DNA of 64,000 nt from NCBI GenBank assembly GCA_964016885.1, contig OZ024741.1, positions 36,704,001 to 36,768,000 of the forward strand, in the 5' to 3' direction. Below, piece by piece: positions 53,701 to 64,000 of the stretch. This stretch comes from Eledone cirrhosa (taxonomy: Eukaryota). Made by a program: the position numbers and the translations under genes. Positions within the stretch are counted from its first letter, which is position 1. Every line of letters begins with the position of its first letter. The notes beneath the pieces were generated by a model. It made no database searches. It saw nothing but the letters and a program-made list of their open reading frames with translations, and had not been told where the DNA came from.

Positions 53701-56394
53701 ATCTTAGACTGTGTTGAAACTAAAGCAATTACATCATAGACCAGTCATTTAGAGCCTTCATCTTAGACTGTGTTGAAACTAAAGCAATTACATCATAGAC
53801 CAGTCATTTAGAGCCTTCATCTTAGACTGTGTTGAAACGAAAGCAATTACACCATAGACCAGTCATTTAGAGCCTTCATCTTAGACTGTGTTGAAACTAA
53901 AGCAATTACACCATAGACCAGTCATTTAGAGACTTCATCTTAGACTGTGTTGAAACTAAAGCAATTACACCATAGACCAGTCATTTAGAGACTTCATCTT
54001 AGACTGTGTTGAAACTAAAGCAATTACACCATAGACCAGACATTTAGAGACTTCATGTTAGACTGTGTTGAAACTAAAGCAATTACACCATTTACCAGTC
54101 ATTTAGAGACTTCATCTTAGACTGTGTTGAAACTAAAGCAATTACACCATAGAAAAGACATTTAGAGACTTCATCTTAGACTGTGTTGAAACTAAAGCAA
54201 TTACATCATAGACCAGTCATTTAGAGACTTCATCTTAGACTGTGTTGAAACAAAAGCAATTACATCATAGACCAGTCATTTAGAGACTTCATCTTAGACT
54301 GTGTTGAAACTAAAGCAATTACATCATAGACCAGTCATTTAGAGACTTCATCTTAGACTGTGTTGAAACTAAAGCAATTACATCATAGACCAGTCATTTA
54401 GAGACTTCATCTTAGACTGTGTTGAAACTAAAGCAATTACATCATAGACCAGTCATTTAGAGACTTCATCTTAGACTGTGTTGAAACTAAAGCAATTACA
54501 TCATAGACCAGTCATTTAGAGACTTCATCTTAGACTGTGTTGAAACTAAAGCAATTACACCATAGACCAGACATTTAGAGACTTCATCTTAGACTGTGTT
54601 GAAACTAAAGCAATTACATCATAGACCAGTCATTTAGAGACGTCATCTTAGACTGTGTTGAAACTAAAGCAATTACATCATAGACCTGTCATTTAGAGCC
54701 TTCATCTTAGACTGTGTTGAAATTAAAGCAATTACATCATAGACCAGTCATTTAGAGCCTTCATCTTAGACTGTGTTGAAACTAAAGCAATTACATCATA
54801 GACCAGTCATTTAGAGCCTTCATCTTAGACTGTGTTGAAACTAAAGCAATTACATCATAGACCAGTCATTTAGAGCCTTCATCTTAGACTGTGTTGAAAC
54901 TAAAGCAATTACACCATAGACCAGTCATTTAGAGCCTTCATCTTAGACTGTGTTGAAACTAAAGCAATTACACCATAGACCAGTCATTTAGAGACTTCAT
55001 CTTAGACTGTGTTGAAACTAAAGCAATTACACCATAGACCAGTCATTTAGAGACTTCATCTTAGACTGTGTTGAAACTAAAGCAATTACACCATAGACCA
55101 GACATTTAGAGACTTCATGTTAGACTGTGTTGAAACTAAAGCAATTACACCATTTACCAGTCATTTAGAGACTTCATCTTAGACTGTGTTGAAACTAAAG
55201 CAATTACACCATAGAAAAGACATTTAGAGACTTCATCTTAGACTGTGTTGAAACTAAAGCAATTACATCATAGACCAGTCATTTAGAGACTTCATCTTAG
55301 ACTGTGTTGAAACTAAAGCAATTACATCATAGACCAGTCATTTAGAGACTTCATCTTAGACTGTGTTGAAACTAAAGCAATTACATCATAGACCAGTCAT
55401 TTAGAGACTTCATCTTAGACTGTGTTGAAACTAAAGCAATTACATCATAGACCAGTCATTTAGAGACTTCATCTGAGACTGTGTTGAAACTAAAGCAATT
55501 ACATCATAGACCAGTCATTTAGAGACTTCATCTTAGACTGTGTTGAAACTAAAGCAATTACATCATAGACCAGTCATTTAGAGACTTCATCTTAGACTGT
55601 GTTGAAACTAAAGCAATTACACCATAGACCAGACATTTAGAGACTTCATCTTAGACTGTGTTGAAACTAAAGCAATTACATCATAGACCAGTCATTTAGA
55701 GACTTCATCTTAGACTGTGTTGAAACTAAAGCAATTACATCATAGACCAGTCATTTAGAGACTTCATCTTAGACTGTGTTGAAACTAAAGCAATTACATC
55801 ATAGACCAGACATTTAGTGACTTCATCTTAGACTGTGTTGAAACTAAAGCAATTACATCATAGACCAGACATTTAGAGACTTCATCTTAGACTGTGTTGA
55901 AACTAAAGCAATTACATCATAGACCAGTCATTTAGAGACTTCATCTTAGACTGTGTTGAAACTAAAGCAATTACATCATAGACCAGACATTTAGTGACTT
56001 CATCTTAGACTGTGTTGAAACTAAAGCAATTACATCATAGACCAGACATTTAGAGACTTCATCTTAGACTGTGTTGAAACTAAAGCAATTACATCATAGA
56101 CCAGACATTTAGAGACTTCATCTTAGACTGTGTTGAAACTAAAGCAATTACATCATAGACCAGTCATTTAGAGCCTTCATCTTAGACTGTGTTGAAACTA
56201 AAACAATTACATCATGGACAAGACATTTAGAAACATTAAATAAACAGACAAACTTTTAAATTCACTTCATATTTATCATAAGCGGGACACAGATCCCTTG
56301 CTTGCTTTGGAGATCAGTGGTTCCGCTTCAGTAGACTTGGTCTATATAGACTCGTCCAAACCCTGCTAGCAAAACTAATTGGGTCTATAAATAT

Positions 56395-56700
56395 TATTTC
56401 CCTTTGCATTCAACTGAGATAAGGTGATAATTCGTTAAGTCACAACAGCAGGGGTGGTAGTGGAAAACATCTGAAAAATTAATAAACGGGAGGAGGGTAT
56501 TCGAGAACTGAGAGTATGTACGAGAAAAGAAGCAAGAGAGAAAAATTTCCCCTAGAATTGGCATTTTATTTATCAACCTTGAAGGGATTAAAGGCCAAGT
56601 TGAGTCAGAATGATTTGAACTTGAGTGCAGAGAATTTGAATGAATACCACAAACATTTTATCCAATGCTCTAATGACTGTACCAATTCTCTGCCGAGAAG
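56395..56700 (-). mobile_element. Degraded Nin/Deu-like SINE
   Basis: TTTTATTTATCAACCTTGAAGGGATTAAAGGCCAAGTTGAGTCAGAATGATTTGAACT resembles the 8238 family. Confidence 0.45.
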
Positions 56701-56859
56701 TTATTTAATATATTCTTTATCATATTTCTAAAGAAAGACACTTCCTATAATCTATGATTTACAAGCAATATTGAAAATAATCAAATTTCAAGGGATTTTG
56801 TAATATAGTTAACTTTCTTGTTATTAAAAGAGATGTATATGAAGGAGTAAAGGTAAAAA

Positions 56860-57150
56860 CCCTCTTGTCACAAATGACCATGGAATTTGCACCTAGAGAG
56901 TACCCCTCAGAGACACAAGGGCAGGCAAGGTTGCCAGCAGTTGCCCATGCATACCAGCCTCCCCTCTCCATGTCACCAATACCAATAAAGCTTGGTACCA
57001 GTGATATCACAACCCATTTCTACAGCTGAGTTGACTGGAGCAACATGAAATAAAGTGTCTTGTTCAAGAACACAACACAAAGCCAGGTCTGAGAATCGAA
57101 CTCACAACCTCAAGATTGTAAGCCCGACGCTCTAACCGCTAAGCTATGAG
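56860..57150 (-). mobile_element. tRNA-derived CORE-like SINE
   Basis: Reverse complement of the 13252 family (CATTTCTACAGCTG...AAGTGTCTTGTTCAAG...CGAACTCACAACC...CTCTAACCGCTAAGC). Confidence 0.75.
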
Positions 57151-57915
57151 CATATATGATATGCTTATGTATAATAAATATATATGTCTTGCTATGAATG
57201 TTTTAACCTATGATCATGTCACAGCTATTTCAATAGCCATGTGAGAATGCCAGACACAACTGTTTCAGCATTTTACATCCATCAACAGTGATATTTACTC
57301 AATCAGTTCTGAGATTAGAATAAGCTATAGATTATATACTTTTTTCATATAAAACATCTTGTATATAGTGTGTGCTTGGTTTGGCTGGGATAGTAAGATT
57401 TATATATGGTTAGCAGAAATGTTGGTTGGTGTGTATATTTGATGGTCAATGTCGCTGATAGTTCTTGATGGGGGAAGGGCAATTTCCCCAAAGCATTGGT
57501 ATAGACCCACAAGGAAACCAAAGTGTTAATTATATATTTATTTGTTGCCATGGAATTCAACAAATCCATGAGACAAACAGGAACATGCAGAAACATGCAA
57601 AACTTTGAAATAACAATAAGTATGTTTTCATTAACATACTAGTACAATACAGAGTTCACAGAAAGAGAGTATTTTCTTGTGATGTACATATATTTAGATA
57701 TAATGGATTGAATGTAGAGATGTGATGAGTAAAGGTGTTGTCTTGGTGTCTGGCACCTTCTCTAACCTGCTAGCATGGTAGTAGCAGTGTTGGCCATTGT
57801 AGCTGACTGCTTCAGTCAAAGTCTGTTGCTGAATCTGAGAGAAATGTTAGTGCTCTATGACTTATATAACCCTAGGTGTCATCATAGATATTTTCCTACC
57901 ACAGCAAATTTAACA

Positions 57916-58118
57916 CAGGCATGTCAAACATGCGGCCCTTTACAAGCACACCTACGGCCCGCACAAAGGTTTTTACTGTGCGAGCATGTTTTATCTTCAT
58001 AATATAAAATTTTAAAAATTAGTTGTAATGTGCGCAATTAGTTGTCATGTGTGGCCCTCAGACAACACATATGTGACCCATGTGGCCCTCGGAGGGGACC
58101 CTCAGTTTGACTTGCCTG
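57916..58118. mobile_element. hAT (Charlie-like) MITE
   Basis: TIRs CAGGCATGTCAAAC / GTTTGACTTGCCTG (13/14), 8-bp TSD ATTTAACA/ATATAACA, and subterminal GYGGCCC motifs. Confidence 0.85.
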
Positions 58119-58449
58119 ATATAACACCTGGATAATTTCACTAGATATGCTGACATAGAAATGATGTTGATGATGCTTATTATACATACCTCTATTAAGA
58201 ACCTCTATTATGAATCACTCTAAGTTAGTGTAAGTGCTAATTTATTAGAATTAAACTGGAAGGTTTGGGGATAAATATAAAGATTTTAAAATAAACAGTT
58301 TTTTATCACAAAGATGGGCAGTTTCAGGTAGTGTGATAGTGAAAGGGTTAGTGAAATATATATATATTATATGTTTAATATAACACTATAACTTCATTTG
58401 ACTATGTTTCTTGTTGTACACATAATTTATTTTGTTTCTTCTATTGCAG

Positions 58450-58519
58450 TCGAAGTATCTATGGTGAAAACTCAATTCCTATCCATGTAACACCCATCAT
58501 TGTTTTGTTATTTAAGGAG
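58450..58519 (+). CDS. ATP13A3: P5B ATPase exon (cation-ATPase N-terminal YGxN motif)
   Basis: ttgcag|T...GAG|gtaata; (C)RSIYGENSIPIHVTPIIVLLFKE; phase 2/0 is compatible with the 17245-17319 exon. Confidence 0.92.
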
Positions 58520-58574
58520 GTAATAATTTATTTTGATAATTTATTTCTATTTAATGATAATGTTTGTTTACAGA

Positions 58575-61500
58575 ATGTGATGTTGCATGGTAGTGAACAT
58601 TGTCAGATTTACTATTGTGCTTGGGTGGGCTTAAGCACCCCCAACAGGGCCCATCTTCCTGCCAAAAGTTTGTTTACGGTGAATTTTTCAAATGTCGAAC
58701 GTTCAATGGGGCCTCATAACTTAACCAACACAGGTCCTCATTTGTACTAAGTCCGACACTGGTAGTGAAACATGGCTATTGAATGTGGAGGGTGTGTGAA
58801 GGGTAGATTTATGTTGGCTGCATCAAAATTGTAATGTATGGTAGTGAAACATGGATATTGAGTGGGAAGGGGAGATTATGTGATACCTGTGTACATTGTG
58901 TGGTGTTTCATGGTAGTGAGATATGGGTATTGAATGTAGAGGATGTGGAAAAGGTAGCAGATTATATGATGCTTGTATATAAAATGCAATGTTGCATGGT
59001 AGTGAAATATGGATATTGAATGTAGAGGATGTGGGAAGTGTAGGTTGTATGATACTTGTGTATGAAGTGCAATGCTGCTTGTGAGACATGGGTATTGAAT
59101 GTAAAGGATGTGGGATAGGGAGATCATATGATACCTGTGTACATAGTGTGGTGTTGTATGGTAGTGAGGCATGGGTATTGAATGTGAAGGATGTGGGATA
59201 GGGAGATCATATGATACCTGTGTACATAGTGTGGTATTGTATGGTAGTGAGACATGGGTATTGAATGTAAAGGATGTGGGATATGGAGATCATATGATAC
59301 CTGTGTACATAGTGTGGTGTTGTATGGTAGTGAGGCATGGGTATTGAATGTAAAGGATGTGGGATAGGGAGATCATATGATACCTGTGTACATAGTGTGG
59401 TGTTGTATGGTAGTGAGGCATGGGTATTGAATGTGAAGGATGTGGGATAGGGAGATCATATGATACCTGTGTACATAGTGTGGTGTTGTATGGTAGTGAG
59501 ACATGGGTATTGAATGTAAAGGATGTGGGATAGGGAGATCATATGATACCTGTGTACATAGTGTGGTGTTGTATGGTAGTGAGACATGGGTATTGAATGT
59601 AAAGGATGTGGGATAGGGAGATCATATGATACCTGTGTACATAGTGTGGTGTTGTATGGTAGTGAGGCATGGGTATTGAATGTAAAGGATGTGGGATAGG
59701 GAGATCATATGATACCTGTGTACATAGTGTGGTGTTGTATGGTAGTGAGGCATGGGTATTGAATGTAAAGGATGTGGGATAGGGAGATCATATGATACCT
59801 GTGTACATAGTGTGGTGTTGTATGGTAGTGAGACATGGGTATTGAATGTAAAGGATGTGGGATAGGGAGATCATATGATACCTGTGTACATAGTGTGGTG
59901 TTGTATGGTAGTGAGACATGGGTATTGAATGTAAAGGATGTGGGATAGGGAGATCATATGATACCTGTGTACATAGTGTGGTGTTGTATGGTAGTGAGAC
60001 ATGGGTATTGAATGTAAAGGATGTGGGATAGGGAGATCATATGATACCTGTGTACATAGTGTGGTGTTGTATGGTAGTGAGACATGGGTATTGAATGTAA
60101 AGGATGTGGGATATGGAGATCATATGATACCTGTGTACATAGTGTGGTGTTGTATGGTAGTGAGGCATGGGTATTGAATGTAAAGGATGTGGGATAGGGA
60201 GATCATATGATACCTGTGTACATAGTGTGGTGTTGTATGGTAGTGAGGCATGGGTATTGAATGTAAAGGATGTGGGATAGGGAGATCATATGATACCTGT
60301 GTACATAGTGTGGTGTTGTATGGTAGTGAGGCATGGGTATTGAATGTAAAGGATGTGGGATAGGGAGATCATATGATACCTGTGTACATAGTGTGGTGTT
60401 GTATGGTAGTGAGGCATGGGTATTGAATGTAAAGGATGTGGGATAGGGAGATCATATGATACCTGTGTACATAGTGTGGTGTTGTATGGTAGTGAGGCAT
60501 GGGTATTGAATGTAAAGGATGTGGGATAGGGAGATCATATGATACCTGTGTACATAGTGTGGTGTTGTATGGTAGTGAGACATGGGTATTGAATGTGAAG
60601 GATGTGGGATAGGGAGATCATATGATACCTGTGTACATAGTGTGGTGTTGTATGGTAGTGAGACATGGGTATTGAATGTGAAGGATGTGGGATAGGGAGA
60701 TCATATGATACCTGTGTACATAGTGTGGTGTTGTATGGTAGTGAGACATGGGTATTGAATGTAAAGGATGTGGGATAGGGAGATCATATGATACCTGTGT
60801 ACATAGTGTGGTGTTGTATGGTAGTGAGGCATGGGTATTGAAGTGAAGGATGTGGGATAGGGAGATCATATGATACCTGTGTACATAGTGTGGTGTTGTA
60901 TGGTAGTGAGGCATGGGTATTGAATGTAAAGGATGTGGGATAGGGAGATCATATGATACCTGTGTACATAGTGTGGTGTTGTATGGTAGTGAGACATGGG
61001 TATTGAATGTAAAGGATGTGGGATAGGGAGATCATATGATACCTGTGTACATAGTGTGGTGTTGTATGGTAGTGAGGCATGGGTATTGAAGTGAAGGATG
61101 TGGGATAGGGAGATCATATGATACCTGTGTACATAGTGTGGTGTTGTATGGTAGTGAGGCATGGGTATTGAAGTGAAGGATGTGGGATAGGGAGATCATA
61201 TGATACCTGTGTACATAGTGTGGTGTTGTATGGTAGTGAGGCATGGGTATTGAATGTAAAGGATGTGGGATAGGGAGATCATATGATACCTGTGTACATA
61301 GTGTGGTGTTGTATGGTAGTGAGGCATGGGTATTGAATGTAAAGGATGTGGGATAGGGAGATCATATGATACCTGTGTACATAGTGTGGTGTTGTATGGT
61401 AGTGAGGCATGGGTATTGAAGTGAAGGATGTGGGATAGGGAGATCATATGATACCTGTGTACATAGTGTGGTGTTGTATGGTAGTGAGGCATGGGTATTG

Positions 61501-62560
61501 AATGTAAAGGATGTGGGATAGGGAGATCATATGATACCTGTGTACATAGTGTGGTGTTGTATGGTAGTGAGACATGGGTATTGAATGTAAAGGATGTGGG
61601 ATAGGGAGATCATATGATACCTGTGTACATAGTGTGGTGTTGTATGGTAGTGAGACATGGGTATTGAATGTAAAGGATGTGGGATAGGGAGATCATATGA
61701 TACCTGTGTACATAGTGTGGTGTTGTATGGTAGTGAGGCATGGGTATTGAATGTAAAGGATGTGGGATAGGGAGATCATATGATACCTGTGTACATAGTG
61801 TGGTGTTGTATGGTAGTGAGGCATGGGTATTGAAGTGAAGGATGTGGGATAGGGAGATCATATGATACCTGTGTACATAGTGTGGTGTTGTATGGTAGTG
61901 AGGCATGGGTATTGAATGTAAAGGATGTGGGATAGGGAGATCATATGATACCTGTGTACATAGTGTGGTGTTGTATGGTAGTGAGACATGGGTATTGAAT
62001 GTAAAGGATGTGGGATAGGGAGATCATATGATACCTGTGTACATAGTGTGGTGTTGTATGGTAGTGAGGCATGGGTATTGAATGTAAAGGATGTGGGATA
62101 GGGAGATCATATGATACCTGTGTACATAGTGTGGTGTTGTATGGTAGTGAGGCATGGGTATTGAAGTGAAGGATGTGGGATAGGGAGATCATATGATACC
62201 TGTGTACATAGTGTGGTGTTGTATGGTAGTGAGGCATGGGTATTGAATGTGAAGGATGTGGGATAGGGAGATCATATGATACCTGTGTACATAGTGTGGT
62301 GTTGTATGGTAGTGAGGCATGGGTATTGAATGTAAAGGATGTGGGAAGGGTAGATTGAATGATGCTTTTATATGGAATGCAGGGTTGCATAAATATTGAA
62401 TATAAAGGATGTGTGAAGGGTAGATTATATTATGCTTGTGTATGAAGTGCAATGTTGTATGGTAGTGAGGCATGGGTATTGAATACTGAGGATGTGTGAA
62501 AGGTAAGAAGAAATGAAGTTACATGCTCCACCAGATGTTTGAAGTTAATGTTCATGAACA
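58575..62560 (+). repeat. 83-bp tandem array derived from RTE RT-ORF coding sequence (homogeneous core ~59080-62345, about 39 units)
   Basis: Unit GGGAGATCATATGATACCTGTGTACATAGTGTGGTGTTGTATGGTAGTGAGGCATGGGTATTGAATGTAAAGGATGTGGGATA; 82-bp variants occur. Confidence 0.97.
58598..58761. mobile_element. 164-bp hAT-like MITE
   Basis: Exact 8-bp TSD GTAGTGAA (58590-97, 58762-69); imperfect TIRs CATTGTCAGATTTACTA / TACTAAGTCCGACACTG. Confidence 0.8.
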
Positions 62561-62719
62561 AGCTTAATCGGAACACAACTTTAAAATATTTTTACGTAAA
62601 ATTCTGTTGGAAAGTTTTTACAAAAATGTAAACACTGTTTTTTATATCATAGAACTTGGGACAGTTTCAGGCTGTTTAGTATCAAAAGGGGTTAAAATAC
62701 TTGTGTGAAATAATTCTTC

Positions 62720-63326
62720 CTAACAATGGCATAAGACCAGCAGTTTAAGGGAGAGGAAAGTCGATTATATCATTCCTAGTATTTAATTGATATTTCATTT
62801 TATTGACCCCAGAAAGGCACAGTTAACCATGGTGGGATTTGAAATCAAAATGTAGAAAGTTGAAACTAAACACCACACAGAATTTTGTTTGATGCTCTTA
62901 CAACTATGGTCATGAATCTTGAGTAATGACCGAAAGAATATGATCGCGAATACAAGCGGCCGAAATGGGGTTCCTCTGAAGAGTCGTTGGAGTAACGTTA
63001 CTCGATAGTGTGTAGCTGGGAGATCAGAGAGTCACTCCAGGTAGACCCGCTACTTCTCCAAATTGAGAGATCACAGCTCCCATATTATGGGTATGTGGTT
63101 AGAATGTCTCAGGACAAAATCAGTGGACAGATTTTACAGGCAAAAACCAAGTGGTGGACCCCAAGCAAGATGGTCTCAATTAGGGATCCAGCTGGATCAG
63201 TTGGAGACGGTTTCTTCTGACAGGACCTGTTGGAAGGAGTGTTTGAGGACTCTGCCCCCACCACCCTCTCAGGAATAAGTGGGTGAAGTAGAAGAAGCTC
63301 TAACAACTATGTCAATCCACCACCCT
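62720..63326 (-). mobile_element. Nin/Deu-like SINE interrupted by an RTE fragment
   Basis: TTTTATTGACCCCAGAAAGGCACAGTTAACCATGGTGGGATTTGAA...GATGCTCTTACAACT [insertion] ...CAATCCACCACC. Confidence 0.55.
62909..63296 (+). mobile_element. 5'-truncated RTE fragment of a second (Expander/Rex3-like) family
   Basis: Degenerate YGHES.VMTERI.SRIQAAEMGFL.RV.GVTLLD...EIRESLQVDPLLLQIERSQL.YYG.VVRM; GAA-type tail; 15-bp TSD GCTCTWACAACTATG. Confidence 0.85.
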
Positions 63327-63421
63327 CTGTTTTGTGAAATAATAGCAATATCAATGTTGTCACTCTCATCCTAGTTGTTTAATATGTTCAATAAACCTTT
63401 CTTTTCTCTCTTTCTTTGTAG

Positions 63422-63556
63422 GTCCTCAGTCCATTTTATGTATTCCAGTTATTCAGTGTCATCCTGTGGATGGTAGATGAATATATTTATTATGCCTCCA
63501 GTATACTTTTCATCTCTATTGTGTCAATATGTACAGCTATTTATCAAACAAGAAAA
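63422..63556 (+). CDS. ATP13A3: P5B ATPase exon (transmembrane segments M1-M2)
   Basis: ctttgtag|GTC...AAA|gtaaat; [45 protein letters not shown] (cf. ATP13A3 [25 protein letters not shown]); phase 0/0. Confidence 0.95.
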
Positions 63557-64000
63557 GTAAATTGTGTATTTTTTCCTTTCTCTTAACCTTTTGTTTTGTT
63601 GTTAGCATATTTTTAATAAAACACAATGACTATGATTTCAAATAATTTTGAAAATAATCAAGAATTTGGAGAGATTTAGTAATAAAACTAACTTTCTTGT
63701 TATTTATTTAGTGTTCAAAACCTAACTTAACAAATGTTCTTACATAAGATTATAATGGAAAGGTTTCAGCTGTATATAAATACTTTAAAACAAATAGCTT
63801 ACTATCATAGGATGAAGAGCAGTTTAGTATGAAAAAGATTAACCACTTGATTATTTTCATTTTTGAAAATAATCAAGAATTTGGAGAAATTTAGTTACAT
63901 AATTATCTCATTATTAATCTGATGTTAGGAAAATTACTTAAAGGTTTTTAATAAAATGTTGTAGTTTGCTGGAAGTATTGTATATAATATATAATGTTGA

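Larger units (their letters stand above)
17397..56234. repeat. Intronic 59-bp satellite, about 615-620 units, interrupted by an RTE LINE
   Basis: Unit TAGACTGTGTTGAAACTAAAGCAATTACACCATAGACCAGTCATTTAGAGCCTTCATCT; 57-bp variants lack one TG. Confidence 0.99.

Noticed and set aside
17397-56234. CRISPR-like array
   Set aside because: Units are contiguous with no unique spacers, there are no cas genes, and the context is a eukaryotic intron.
58823-62473. Repeated His/Tyr/Pro-rich minus-strand ORFs
   Set aside because: Frame-cycling translations of the 83-bp array.
62859-62870. GTTGAAACTAAA match between a SINE and the 59-bp monomer
   Set aside because: Only 12 AT-rich bases with no extension; too little to claim a SINE origin.

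Overview
AT-rich eukaryotic genomic DNA; the SINE, RTE and (GAT)n-tail repertoire suggests a cephalopod (octopus-like) genome, which is inference. The window holds seven consecutive small, phase-compatible GT-AG coding exons (+ strand) from the N-terminal part of a P5B-type ATPase (ATP13A2/3-like). About 70% of the window is intronic tandem repeat: a 48-bp array (1-3.8 kb), a 28-bp array (16.5-17.2 kb), a ~36-kb 59-bp satellite filling a 41-kb intron, and an 83-bp array (58.6-62.5 kb). Mobile elements include a degraded DD37D (maT) Tc1/mariner, a young 5'-truncated RTE LINE with a PHD-like finger inserted in the 59-bp satellite, further RTE fragments, tRNA-derived SINEs, and hAT- and piggyBac-like MITEs. 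The most notable observation is that two arrays appear to be amplified pieces of RTE retrotransposons, one from the RT-ORF C-terminal coding region and one from the 3'UTR/tail motif, with comparable source sequences in the same window. I found no CRISPR array or prokaryote-type system.
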